Of a DNA stretch of 64,000 nucleotides, positions 26,646-41,334 are shown one piece after another. Below the pieces are notes generated by a model, which saw only the letters and a list, made by a program, of their open reading frames with translations, was not told the DNA's origin and did no database searches. The stretch lies in assembly GCF_009914755.1 (NCBI RefSeq), contig NC_060930.1, one strand, 5' to 3'. The position numbers were made by a program, and so were the translations under genes. The DNA comes from the human T2T-CHM13v2.0 reference genome, Homo sapiens. Position 1 is the stretch's first letter. Each line of letters begins with the position of its first letter.

Positions 26646-26706
26646 TTTTTTTATTTTATTTTATTTTATTTTATTTTATTTTATTTTATTTTATTTATTT
26701 ATTTTA
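26646..26706 (+). repeat. (TTTTA)9(TTTA)2TTTTA pentanucleotide microsatellite in the 3'UTR
   Basis: Read directly from sequence. Confidence 0.95.
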
Positions 26707-26735
26707 AAGCAGGGGAGAAAAATTAGGGGAGATGA

Positions 26736-26762
26736 AATAAAAATATCGTCTTTATAAATAAA
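26736..26762 (+). terminator. Distal polyadenylation signals (AATAAA at 26736 and 26757)
   Basis: Two canonical hexamers followed by GU-rich ggttttagtttgtttgattt. Confidence 0.65.
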
Positions 26763-28214
26763 TTCTTCGGTTTTAGTTTGTTTGATTTCATTTCCAGGTT
26801 TTTGCCTAACTACTCAACAAAATAGAATCCAACTTAGTTGGGAAATCACTTACCTTGTATGGTCTGGGAAAATTTTAAAAATCACATGGCATCTAACTAT
26901 GACCATTGTTAGGCAAAGTAGAAATAATTTGGGAATATGCAGCAGTTTTATGCTTATGATAATTAGTGAATTGGCAAGAATAATGGTTTCATTCACTTCT
27001 GAAATGTTTATGTAAATGAGCAAAGAATCAGCTTAAAGAAAGCAGTTACCTGTATTGGTCATAACTTACAGGGTGAACTCATGCATATCTGCCGAGAGAC
27101 TTGAAAGTGATATGTATTTGCCAGATTGTAAACAGATACTAGGCTTCGAAGACACCTTGAAGAAATGTCTTAGTATGTCAACCAGGTAGTCCCAAAGCCA
27201 AATGAATCCTGGTATTGATAGGCAAACTGATATAGCCATTATGAATATGAGCTCTGGAGTAGCTCATATTTATAGTTCATGAGATACAGATGAGATGCAA
27301 ATGAGTTAGAGAGAGTATCATGCAAGCAAACTACGATTTTATGTTTCTGCATTTTTTGAGACTTGCTCTTTTTGCCTACTCTTCTTGGTAAAAAATACCT
27401 CAACTTGATTCCTTGGAAATGCCATAGAAACACCACATATTATTCCAGAGCTTTACTCAAAACCTGTGAGAGTCTTGGTATGGTCCCTGAAAGAGTTTAA
27501 CCATTTGCTCTCCAAGTTAGAGTTTTGTGTGCTTTCTACATCTTTGCCCTTTTATTAAATTATTCTCTCTACTTCAATACCCTTTATGAATTTTTACTCC
27601 TTTGTGAGGAACTGTAGGCTTAGTATTGGGTCTTTCCTTACACATTTATTTTTGTGTAAGAGAGATTTAAAAAATGTGAATGTTGAAATTTGAGTAAATT
27701 CCAAATGAGTCCTGGAGGTAATACAGATTCAACCCAGTTCCTGATATCATTTCATACTGTGGTAGACTCCAAATCTGCATATACTCAGTGTGCAGACATT
27801 TATGGTTCTGACATGAAGGTGCTTTAAGCTTATGAATAAAAGAATCAAAAATTAAATTACATCCTGAACACTGTGTATACTAAGTAGGGATCTGTGCTAA
27901 TGTATTTTTAAAAGTGTTAAACCTTGATTTAATTAAAACATCAATTAACTGAAAAGTCACAAGCATTTTAATTAAGAGTTTATTAGATTTGTAACATATT
28001 AACACTTTAAATTGAGAAGGTTGGAATTTCACAGGAGAAAGAATATGCTCTGACAGTAGGTGGTTTTAGATCTTGTTTTTCGCATGAAGTGTAAGGAAAG
28101 TTTGTACATTCACGTTCACATTACATTTACATTCTTATTACCCCAGATAAGAGGTCTGGCCTGAAGACATAGCTTTGGGAGTCTTTAGCAATTCTTCTTT
28201 TTTATAGTCTATTT

Positions 28215-28967
28215 TTAAGATTTTTAAATTGAAATATAATTGTATATATGTAGTACATAGTGGTGTTTTGATACATATAATGTATAGTGATCAGATCAGG
28301 CTAATTAGCATAGCCATCTCACACATTTTTCATTTTTTTGTTGGGAATATTCACTATCCTCCTTCTAGCTATTTAAAACTATATAATCTATTGTTAACTA
28401 GGGTCATCCTACAGTGTTATGGAATACTAGAACTTACTCCTCCCATCGAGCTGTAATTCTGTATCCTTTAACAAATTTCTCCCCATCTCTCCCTTCCCTC
28501 TACGCTGCCTAGCCTCTGGTATTCTGTTCTGCTTTTTACTTCTATGAGAACAACTTTTTTTTTTTAGCTTCCATAGATGAGTGAGAACACCGGTATTTAA
28601 CTTTCTGTTCCTGGCTTACTTCACTTAACATAAAGTCCTCCAGTTCCATCCATGTTGCCACAAATGATAGGATTTCATTATGTTTTATGTCTGAATAGTA
28701 TTCCATTGTGTACTATACCACATTTTCTTTATCCATTCATCTGTTCTTAGATACCTAGGTTGACTCCATATCTTGGCTATTGTGAACAGTGCTGCAGTAA
28801 ACATGGGGTGCAGATGTCTCTTCCATACACTGATTTCTTTCCTTTGGATAAATGCTCTGGATTGCTGGATCACAGTCTTATTAGTTTTTTGAGGATCCTA
28901 TTCTCCACAGCGACTGTACTATTCTCCCTAGTGACTGTACTAGTTTATATTTCCACCAACAGTGTAT
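28215..28967 (-). mobile_element. L1MA 3' fragment
   Basis: tatagtgatcagatcagg...atgagtgagaac...gtgaacagtgctgcagtaaacatgggg. Confidence 0.88.
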
Positions 28968-29214
28968 TTCAATAGCAGCTGAAGGTGAGGGGGTAGAGAA
29001 ATGTTGAGGCCCAGAGAGGACTGAGGCTGAGCTCTCCAGGCTATAACTCTGAATGCTCAGTAGGGCAGTGGGCACAGCCACTGTCATGGTGCAACCAGAG
29101 GGGGAGAATGGACACCAGAGGCAGTGGTCATGGGAGCAAGGATGAGGGGGGAGTTAGGATGATTGGGTGAACACAACAGAAGTAGATTGGATGGTGAAAG
29201 AAAGAAAGGTTCTT

Positions 29215-30000
29215 CAAGCTTATTTCACGAAGATTTTCAAAGATACAGAAAAGTTGAGAAAATAGAATAATTATCACCTGTACACTTATCACTTAGAGTC
29301 AATTGTTAACCTTTTGCAATATTTGTTTTCTATCACCCTTAAAAATAAAGAACTTCCCTCTAATTTGACTAAAACATTATTATATTATCTCAGACAATTA
29401 AAAATACCTTTCTAATATCATTTTGTATACATTTTTCTCAAATTTTTCTATTCTCAAATATGTTTTGTAACTTAAAAAAAAAAACTCAACCAACAAAAAT
29501 AAAAAAAAAATACCGGGATCTGGTCTAGTCTCACACATTGCCTTTGATTTTTTTATATCTTTATTCTCTCCTTCTGGAATAGTCACCCCACCTTGTTTTC
29601 CCCATAACCTTGACTTCTTGAAGAAAGCAAACCAGTTACCTTGTATGATGTCCCGCATTCTGTATTTGGTGGTGTTTAATTTCTGTTACCTGTATTTTCT
29701 GTAAGCCAAAAATCTATAAGCTTGATTGGACTCAGATTTTGGGCAACAAGTTGTCTTAGTCACCTTTGTATCACATCACATTTGGAGGCATAAAATGAAA
29801 GGTTGCCCTCCCATTCAAAACACTCAGTTTGATCACTCAGTTAAGGTGGTCTCTACTTCCCCTGTGCAACTGTAAAAAAAATCCATGGGGTGACACTTTG
29901 GATCCATGCAAATATTCTCTTCCCTAACAATTTTCACCTGATGGTTTTAACAGCCAATAATGATCCTTGCACGAATCAACTACAGGTACTTCGTTTTCCA
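29215..30000 (-). mobile_element. Old L1MC-like 3' fragment
   Basis: ttttcaaagatacagaaaagttgagaaaatag...tttgatcactcagttaaggtgg. Confidence 0.55.
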
Positions 30001-31470
30001 AAGATTTGGAGTGTTATTCTAGTGAGAACTAACTCCCGCCTCGACTGTCAGCTGTGTAATGGAGGAAATAGAACCATAGGAGCCAACCCTTGTCTAAAGC
30101 TTCAGTAAATCTTAAGGTTTGAATGCATCTTTATAGTTACCCAATTATTGAAGGCATAAACTGGAATGAAAATCACAATCTTTTATCTTCCAATGTACTT
30201 TCTATGATCTCAGAGGAGAAAGAAGCCCAAATCATCTGTGAAGTACCTTTTTTTAACCTTTAAATAATTCACTGGACTCTAGCCTTGAACTGTCCACTCT
30301 CAACCAATCTCTTGTTGAACATTTCATAGGCAGCTCTCTGTTCATCTGCTGAATCATTACTTCCCTGAAGACTATGTACTCCTTATTCTCAATCTTTGTC
30401 AAATCTTAAATTCTTTGCTTTAGACAGCTCTCTTTCCTTGTTATTCTAGTAATTTAGTCTGTTTTTCAGAGTGATCCTGTTTGCCCAGAATAACCTCTTG
30501 CCTATTGTCTGACCATTTCATCTCTTCTTAAAATCCCTGCCAGGCAGTGGGTTCCTCCACAGCATTCACTGTGTGTTCCCAGTCTTGATACTCTGCTGGA
30601 ACTTTTCTGTATATCCACTCCCTGTTGTTAGATCTTTTTCATTCTTCATAGCAGCAAGTAGAATGCATGCAGGGCATCTATCAAGTCATACAATAAATTC
30701 TGTAGTCTTTAGATAATGTTTTCAAACTTTTAGTAAGCATTATTTTTAGTACATATATGCTGTGTAATTCTAAACTTAACACTTGCCCCTAATTCTTGCC
30801 AATACAGTCCCAATTTGGTTGAGCCAATCACGAATTATGTCTTGGTTAACAGATGTATACTGGACTAAAGTCAGATAATTCTGAGTTGGCTTAATGGTAA
30901 ATCCTTCTCAGTAGTTCCGAATAAGTTAAACTTTTTATTGTTCCGTGCCTACAAATAAGAGAGCTCATCTTTTAACATAGCATTTCAAAAGAGTTAAAGT
31001 GACACTTTAGCTATGAAATGTTATTTTTAATGCCACATAACACCATTAGTCAATAAATGAACATCTGTTTTTGCTATGTGCTGAGCCAAAACCTCCTGCG
31101 CTCTTTGTTTCTTCCCCCATTTCCTCTGATTTCTTTAATGTCACTTAGGACATTAGTGACCTAACGCAGTCACTGCCACCTTCCTCCACACCTCCTGTAC
31201 ACACACACGCTTTATATTTCAGGAAACAAAGCTCTGTGAAAGAGAACCACATTAGTCTTCCACTAGCTGGGGATTATCCATTTAAGTATTATTTTAAAAT
31301 ATTTTTGTGATGACTAACAACTACATTTATGACTTCTTGTAGAACAATGGATTCGGCTGCTTGTCTCAGAGGTAATTGTGCCCTCTTTTGCAATATTCAC
31401 CATAGCTGAGCAATGGAGATTTTTCCTAGCTAAATGATGGAATGGTTGTTGACAGTGATTCCATTTGACG

Positions 31471-31787
31471 GTTTTTTGTGTTTTTTTTGGTTTTGTTTTG
31501 TTTTTGTTTAGACGGAATCTCGCTCTGTCGCCAGGCTGGAGGGCAGTGACGCAATCTAGGCTCACTGAAACCTCCGCCTCCTGGGTTCAAGTGATTCTCT
31601 TGCCTCAGCCTCCCTTGTAGCTGGGACTACAGGCATGTGCCACCACACCCAGCTAATTTTTGTATTTTTAGTAGAGACAGGGTTTCACCATGTTGGCCAG
31701 GATAATCTCAATCCCCTGACCTCGTGATCTGCCCGCCTTGGCTTCCCAAAGTGCTGGGACTACAGGCCTGAGCCACCACGCCTGACC
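31471..31787 (-). mobile_element. AluS (Sc-like)
   Basis: Antisense Alu; tctgtcgccaggctgg and cctgacctcgtgatc. Confidence 0.93.
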
Positions 31788-32087
31788 TGATGTGATTTTT
31801 TTTTTTCCAAGAGATTCCAGTTTGAACTGTGTATTTCTATGGTTAAATTTACTGTCATTACAAATTTTATTGTTGGTTAGAATTTTTAAAATTATGAAAT
31901 TATTTCTAGCCTATAATTTGACCAACTCTTAATCACCAGTTAAGAGGGAATAAACAATATGCCCTACTTTTGTGGGATTTTTCTGTTGCCAGAGTGGAGA
32001 ACGGAGAAGTGGTCATTGGGAGACCAAAGAATATTAAATTCTGTCCTTGAAACGGGAGGAAGGTGGCACTGCTAATTACCAGACTTT

Positions 32088-32521
32088 TGATATAGTTTGG
32101 ATACTTACTTGTCCCCCGAAACCTCATGTTAAATATTTGATCCCAATGTTGGAGGTGGAGCCTAACAAAAGGTTTGAGTCATGGGGTGGATCCCTCATGA
32201 ATGGTTTGGTGCCGTTCTTCTCCTGCTAGAGGGTGAGTTCTTGCTCTGTTAGGTTCCCCAAGAGCTGGTTGTTAAAGGAGCCTGGCACTTCCCCCTTCTC
32301 CCTTGCTTCCTCTCTGGCCATGTGATCTCTGCACACACAGGCTCCCCTTTGCCTTCTGTCATGAGTGGAAGCAGCCTGAGGACTTCACCAGAAGCTGAGC
32401 AGACACTGGTGCCATTCTTCTTGTACAGCCTACAGAACTGTGAGCCAAACATATCTCTTTTCCTTATACGTTACCCAGCCTCGGGTATTCCTTTATAGTA
32501 ATGCAAAAATGGATGAAGACA
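32088..32521 (+). mobile_element. MSTB-like solo LTR
   Basis: tgatatagtttgga...ggtattcctttatagtaatgcaaaaatggatgaagaca. Confidence 0.85.
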
Positions 32522-33504
32522 ACCCTCTTTCCTACTTACAGCTTTATATCCCAAATGGGAACCTTGCCAAAGTTTTTGATACGAAACCTAAAGATTCATT
32601 ATTTTAACTCAAATATTGACTACTTATGATGCATAACATATAAATATTTCTTGATTCTTTGACAAGATATCCATACATGTCACAACTCATTGGAAGGATA
32701 TAAAGACAAGTATAATGTTTCCAAGGTGTATCTGATTAAAGCAGTAGTTTCAAAATATATGACATAAAACATGTCTCAGTAGCTGGCCCAGGAAAGGAGG
32801 ACTTCCTGGCTGTGCCTGCTCAGAAGCTGTGCCTATGCATCTTTCTTTTAGAGATTCTCATGAGTGTTGCTGCAGGAAAGGGCCTGAGAAGTCATTTGGT
32901 TAAAGAAACTTATTTAGCAGTCCAATCCAATGTTTCCCCCAAACTATGTAACCATGGAAATCTTTCTCAAAACATCTATTAATATTTTGTGGAATTAGTG
33001 TTCTGTGGAGCATATTTTGTGAACTCTGCAATACAGAATTGATAAAAGTCATAATATAGAATCTGAAGGCAGACAGAAATCACGAAACCAGTGCATGAAT
33101 CTAAAAGGCAGTCAAAAAGTCACAATTAGGCAGTGCATCCCAGGAGAGTGGCAAAGTGCAAAGGGGCAAAGGAACAGACCACCAGGAGCATGGATAGTGA
33201 AGGAGTATTGATCCCTACACTTGTTCCCAACATAAAACAATTTACAATGAACAATTCTTGTCAGACTTTCATGGAATGACATATTCAAGCTTTGTCTCTA
33301 GCCCCTACTAAATATCTAAATATATGTAGAAGGAGATTTCAAGTGGAATAATTAAGTGCTAGTTATTTTTTGAGCCTATGAAACTTCCACAGCTAATTCT
33401 CAGAATAGACCTAATATTCCAACTGTTGGAAAACATGTACCAGATTTTTAAAGTTTTGGTCATTGAACGTTAGGGCTGGAAAGATTTTATATATCAGAGG
33501 CCAA

Positions 33505-33613
33505 CTGCCTTGTTTTAAATTATCAAACCAACACGTAGACACTGCCTTGTTTTAAATGATTAAACCCACACTTATAAGCTGCCTTGTTTTAAATGATGAA
33601 ACCAACACTTAGA
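33505..33613 (+). repeat. 37-bp tandem repeat, 3 copies
   Basis: ctgccttgttttaaat..a..aaacc.acac units start at 33505, 33542 and 33579. Confidence 0.9.
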
Positions 33614-34642
33614 AATGATCCCTCTCACAAAGGCGAGAGATAGGTTCTAATAAGGACCACTGAAGTCCCAGTCTGCTTTTTACCCTACACTCCCCTGTCT
33701 CTTTGTCAATAGCCGTCAATTTATTTTTCCCACATGGGTTACTGAATTTTATGGACAACAAAATATGCAGTGGGACAGAGATTATTTTATGCTTAGAAGC
33801 TATGTCTAGCTACAAAAATATGTAATGAGGATATGAAATAATCACCTACATTCTTCAACATCCCATTTTGTTCTCGAGAAGTAAGGTCAAAGCATGTGAG
33901 AAGTGAAAACTTATTCATAAGCAGACACAGAGCTTTATCATATACAAGCAGACGGCTGTAGTCATTAGGGAAAGGAAGAGCGTTGAGGTGAGAGGTCAGT
34001 ACTTGAGTGACAAATGATCAGAATCAGGAGGCTTTCACATAATCTTTCCTTACCCTGTGCAGCACCCTAATCTAGACCCTTACCTGGATAGTTGCAATCA
34101 TCTTTGAGGCAATTTTACTGCATCGTGTAAAGAGCACCCTATGACATTCTGACCTCCTCGGTACCTGGGATCATGATCAGATCCAGGAAGATGATGTTTG
34201 CATGCCCTGCTCCCTCAGTGCATGGACCTCCACTCTGGTGATGGGTCCCGACGCCGTCCTCTCACTCACTCGCTCTCATCACCCATGCATGCTCTCGAGT
34301 GGCTTGCGTTTTGGCTTTTACAACTTCACTGAAACTGCTTTCTCAGAGGGACTGATAGCTCTTCAAAAAAGTAACTTCTATTTTTATTAAAATTGTACAT
34401 CTTCATGGTATTAAAAGTTACATAGTATTAAGCACTTTTAATGAAAAACAGGTGCCTCTGAACCATCCTTCCCTGTCCTCCTAAGGGCAACCACTTTCTA
34501 CTCTTAAATATTTCTTTCTCTTTACTTCCATATTTCTGAAAATTGTACTTATATGATAATTTCTTAATTTTTTTTCAATTTTAGCCATTATCTATCGATA
34601 TTCTATTGTGGAAAATGACTTAATTTTCTTATGACCTTCCCT

Positions 34643-34673
<31 letters not shown>

Positions 34674-35206
34674 TTCACTTCTTACATGTTCCCAATATAA
34701 TTATATCACAATTCTTGGTAAAATCAACATTTGGTGTTTAGATTGTTATGACTATCTAATATCACTCATAGCTGAGGTTCTAGTGTATTGTGAATACATT
34801 TTCTTTCATATACAACTTTTTGTTTTCCCTGGAATTAATTGCCTCATTTTAGAATTTGCTTAGTTTTCTTTGTATGTATAACTGAAGCATCCCCAGAGTC
34901 TATGATTATTGAAGAAACCTTTCCTTTCTGTCAAACGTGATAGATAATGTGCCAGTTTACTCTCATGGCGACAGCCCTCCTGGAGCCCTTCACTCTCTTG
35001 ATTTAATCCAGATTAGTTACTTTCTGCACAGCTGCCAGCCACGCATCCTGAGAATTCTCTGATCCCCTTTTCTTGAGTCCCTTGCCGTCTTTTGCTAGGT
35101 TTATTCATTTTTTGACAAGAAAGCACATTCTCTACCAGCTTGCTGGGAGAAAAAGATGCATGGAGGTAAAAATGCTAAGACCCTGCATGTCTGAAAATAT
35201 CTTTCC

Positions 35207-35246
35207 GTCTACAGCTATACCACTCTGAACGTGCCTGATCTCATCT
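35207..35246 (+). pseudogene. 3'-truncated 5S rRNA retrocopy (nt 1-40)
   Basis: gtctacagctataccactctgaacgtgcctgatctcatct is 34/40 identical to the 5S rRNA 5' end; flanked by TSD aaaatatctttcc/aaaatgtctttcc. Confidence 0.92.
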
Positions 35247-35356
35247 CAAAATGTCTTTCCTCTAGCCCTAAGCTTGATCGATGATTTGGTTAGAAATCAT
35301 CTTCCCTCATTGCTTTGGTGCCTTTCAATCCCCACTTTGCTGCAGAGGAGTTATTT

Positions 35357-35560
35357 AGCATTCTAATCTCTGATTCTTCGTATGTCTTTTTTTTTTTTTT
35401 TTCCATTTTGAAAACCATTAGGGTCTTCTTTTTTCTCCACAGTGTTCTAAAAGTTCACAATGAGCATTGTAATCTCTGATTCTTTGTATGTCATTATTTT
35501 TCCATTTTGAAAACCATTAGGGTCTTCTTTTTATCTACAGTGTTCCACAATGTCGCAATA
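35357..35560 (+). repeat. ~106-bp tandem duplication
   Basis: agcatt.taatctctgattct...ttccattttgaaaaccattagggtcttc at 35357 and 35463. Confidence 0.9.
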
Positions 35561-37656
35561 AAAAAATTAGTGTGCAGCTGTTTTCCCCCATTTGTTTTAC
35601 TAGGGACTCAATAGGCCCTTTCCATTGGGAAGCTCATGTCCCTCAGTTCTAGAAATGTTCTTGCATTTTAAAAATTTTTTTAATTTTTTTACAAAATAGC
35701 TTTCTTTATGTTTCCTTTCTTCTTGTTTCTGGAACTCCTGCCCATCAGCCTTTGAACCTTCTGAGTTGATCCTCTGAGTTTCTTATCCTGTTTCTCATCT
35801 TTCATGTTTAATCTGATTTCAGAGAATTTACCTCAAATTTATCTATCAACATTTCTCTTTAACTTTATCATGCTTGCCATCATTTTTAATTTCTTAGCGT
35901 GCTTTCTTGTCCTCTGAATGTTTCTTTTGTTGTTGTTTTTTAAATGATACTCTCTTCTTATTTCTTCTCATTCTTTTGTGAGAATATTAATTTTAGAGTT
36001 TTTATGTGTTCTTTTGCTCCCTGCGCTATTTCCTCTGAGTCATATTGTCTGTTTATTTTGGTCCCTATCTTTCATGGAGACGATCCTTCAAGTATCTGAT
36101 CTTTAGCTGTCTTTTCAGTTTAGTGAGGAGCTAAACAAACTAGTCGGAAGCTGTGTATGCATGGCTGGGGCTTGTCAACTGATGGGCCTCCGGGGAGGTG
36201 TCTCCTGTTTTATTGGCAGATAACCAATTCTCAATCCATGTAGGTCTTTCTTTTATATTGACGAATCTCACCACAGAGGATAATCCTCGCTGCCAGTGTC
36301 TTGGAAGCTGAAGGAAGGAGGATGTCAGACTCCCTTCTCAATATGCAGCCTGTCATTGAATACCTTTGTTTTCAGCAGGGCTCATTCCACCCTCAGGTGC
36401 ATGTGGTGTCTCTGAGGACAGACATTCTCTGGTCTTCAGCAGGGCAGGGGAGGAGCAGTTGCCAGGCTTCATGGAGGAATAGACAAGGGGATCTGGGAGG
36501 CGAATTTTCTGGGTGCCAACTCTCAATGGCCTGGTCCTCTCCAGAGTCACAGGTAGCTGGTGTCTTTAATTCTCCAGCTTTTCCAAGGTTGTTCTGCAAG
36601 AATTAGCTTACCCTTCCTCTCCTCCCTGCCTTTCCACTTGCTCCTGCTGCAGGCTTGGGGGCAACTTGCGGTAAAATATATGCCTACTACATTTATTGGC
36701 TGTAGTGATTCAAAATAAGCTCCCATGGGTTCCAGAAATGTTAGAACTTTTTCTTCTAATGTATACACGCGATGCAGTGAGAGTTAAAAATGTTCCCAAA
36801 GCACATGCAGTGCCATATACCCATTCTACTTGGAGCATGGATGGGTTCACTTGGAGTTCAGAATTGCAAAAGAGACACACATCCTCAGTAGCAATCTCAC
36901 CAAAGAGAGAGATTCTTTATCAATGGCTGTTAATATCATCTCACTACATTAGGGTGTGAAAAATGTGCAGGGGAGTCTGGTAGATTTGTTTTCCAACTCG
37001 CTCTAACATTTCCTATATTTAATGGAGACATGGAAAAATGGTCACTGGCTTAGAAGTTATTTTTAATGGAATTTGAATAACCATGAGCAGAAATCATTCT
37101 CTGTTTTAACTTAAGTCTAATAAACATGTCATGGTCCTAAGGGTATAAAATAACTCTCGGGTAGAAATGAGACGTAACACTTGGAGTGATTAATGATCTC
37201 ATAATCTGAAAATCTCAGATCATAAAAGCCAGTGTTTTTCTTTTAAAAGGTTTATTGTGGCCAAAGTATTCATCAAAATCTATTTTGCAAGATGCTGACA
37301 TTGTTCTAATATAAAATTCAGAAATAATTAAACATTTGTCAGGCATCATTTGTTTTCAATTGTGCAGGTAAATGTGGGACTAGAGTCTGTTGCGTCTGTA
37401 CAAGCATCTGACGTTGGTACATCAGCCAACTACTGCATAACTTTGGGTTGTGAAATTATAACATGCTATATATTAAGGAGTAACAAACCTGAAGTGACGT
37501 GCTCTGTTGAGCAACAAAGTATTTTTCTGAACTTTTTAAGTTACTGATGGTTATGAATTGTAAATCCTCTGAAGAATGTAAGGCCTTGTTCCCTCTTCCT
37601 GTAGCATCTGTAGCATGGGAGACTTGCAAATGATAGCACTGTCAAAGATTTACTGA

Positions 37657-37995
<339 letters not shown>

Positions 37996-38454
37996 GGGGT
38001 AACTGTCTTAAAATGCATATTTCAGTCAATCGCCATAGCAACTCTGTTGTGCTCATCTAGAGACTAAATTCAGGATGCTACCAGGTGAAAAAGAAAAGTT
38101 GTCTTTTCCCAAACACAGCTCTATTCCTTACAGGTATTTCCTTTAAGCTGTTTTATTATTATTATTATTAAAATGTATCTACTTTACATAGTACCTATAG
38201 ATTCCAGTCTTTGAGAGTGGAGATACTTAACTCACATTACTTTCCACTGTCTCTTCTCTTAAATTTTATCGATTATGTTATCTGTAATTCTTCTACCAAA
38301 CTGGTCGTATACTTCAACTTCAATCTAATGTCTCCATGTCTGGATGCCTCTCTTTGTTCCCTAAACTCTGATTCTGAGATCTCAGCTTTTTTTGATTTGG
38401 AATGGAAACTCTGAAAAAGGCCAAATGCTATGCTTGCAAGCAGCCTGAAGTAAA

Positions 38455-39710
<1,256 letters not shown>

Positions 39711-39745
39711 TCTATATAGATAGATAGATAGATATAGATATATAT

Positions 39746-41080
39746 CTCCTTTGGTGAGGTGTCTGTTCAGATATTTTGCCTATTTGTTAATCAGGTTGTT
39801 TGATTTTTATTGAGTTTTAAGAGTTCTTTGTATATTCTAGGTGCAAGCCTTTTATCAGAGATATGTTTTGCAAATATCTTCTCCTAGACCGTGGCTGATC
39901 ATTTCATTTACTTAACAATGTCTTTTTCAGAGAAGAAAATATTAAAGTCCAGTTTGTCAATTTTTAATAAAATCGAATTTATCACCTTTTTTTGTGGATT
40001 GTGGTTTTTGTGTTGTATCTGAAGTTTATCACCAAACTTAAGGTTGCCTGGGTTTTCTCCCTTGTTTTCTTTCTCCCTTCTTTCTTTCCTTCCTTCTTTC
40101 TTTCTTCCTTCCTTCTTCTCTCTCTCTCTCTTTCTTTTTCTTTCTTTCTTTCTTTTCTCCTTTGTTCTCTTCCCTTTCTTTACAGTTAAGTCTATGTTTC
40201 ATTTTAATTTAATTATTGGGAGAAGTTTGAGGTCTGTATATAGGTTCAGCTTTTGATATATGGACATCCAGTGGTTCCAACATCATGGAGGGGACTATCC
40301 TTTTCTCCACGGAATTGCCTTTGCTCCTCTGTGAAAGATCGGTTGTCTGTATTTGTGTACCTCCATTTGTAGGAGAAAGGGATAGTCTTTGCTCCTTTGT
40401 GAAAGATCAGTTGTCTGCATTTGTGTACCTCTGTTTGTAGGAGAAAGCATTCAGCCTTTCAGCATCAGGTGTGATGCTCCATAGAATTTTGCCTTATAGA
40501 TGCTCGCTATCAAGTTCAGGTAATTCCCCTTTTTCCTTATTTCCTGAGTTTTTATCATAAATGAGTGTTGGATTTTGTCAAATGCTTTTTCCAATTCAGT
40601 TGATAGTATCATATGATTTTCCTTCTTTTGCCTGTTGATATAGTGGATTACATTGATTGATTTCCAAATGCTGAACCAGTCTTGTATACCTGGAGTAAAT
40701 CCCACTTGGTTATGGTGTATAATTTTTATGTATTGTTGGATTTGATCTGCTAATATTTTGTTGAGGGTTTTTCCATCTATGTTCATGAGACATATTGGTC
40801 TGTAGTTTTTCCTTCTTGTAACATCTTTATCTGGTTCTGTTATTTGGGTAATACTGGCCTCACTGAATGACTTAGGAAGTGTTCCCTCTGCTTCTGTTTT
40901 CTGCTAGAGATTGTAGATAATTGGTATGATTTCTTCTTTAAATGTTTTGTAGAATTAACCAGAAAACCATCTGAACCTAGTGCTTTCTCTTTTGGGAGGC
41001 TATAATTATTGATACAATTTCTTTAGTAGATATAGGGTTATTCAGGTTATCTAGGTTTTCTCATGTGAATTTTGGTAGTT
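39746..41080 (-). mobile_element. L1 ORF2 fragment (reverse-transcriptase region), non-functional
   Basis: ORF 40451-40786 translates to [21 protein letters not shown]...[10 protein letters not shown]...KAFDKIQH, which is L1 RT. Contains a CT-rich tract at 40060-40180. Confidence 0.92.
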
Positions 41081-41334
41081 CAGTTGGAAGCTGGACATTT
41101 TGTATTATGTGATGAGAACTGGGGTAGATAGGCCTTTAGTGTGAGAATTTGTGTTAATCTAGCTAACATTAATAATTTTAAAATAAACATATAGATAATA
41201 TTAAAAGCTGCAAAATGCAAACCTTCAAGGACTTCCTATTATCAATAAGATTGAGTTTGAGCTCTTTAGCCTGGTAGCCAAAAGCCTCCAGATTTTGGCT
41301 TCAACCTAACTTCTCAGCTTTCTCTTCAAATAAT

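Larger units (their letters stand above)
23359..26780 (+). other. RNF182: RNF182 terminal exon (211-nt 5'UTR part, CDS, long 3'UTR); 3' end approximate
   Basis: Strong acceptor ctcttttcttctttacag|ACC 211 nt upstream of the ATG. 3'UTR free of interspersed repeats, ending at polyA signals. Confidence 0.85.
34370..36300 (-). mobile_element. Ancient L1M(E) fragments, with (CA)n at 34644-34670
   Basis: T-rich degenerate L1-like sequence (aagggcaaccactttc, tctggaactcc...ctctgagttttcttat). Confidence 0.5.

Noticed and set aside
33505-33613. 37-bp repeats (and the 55.2-kb array) as CRISPR-like arrays
   Set aside because: Contiguous degenerate units with no unique spacers, in primate DNA, with no cas genes.
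40451-40786. RT-like 111-aa ORF
   Set aside because: Fragment of a dead L1 ORF2, truncated by an internal deletion.
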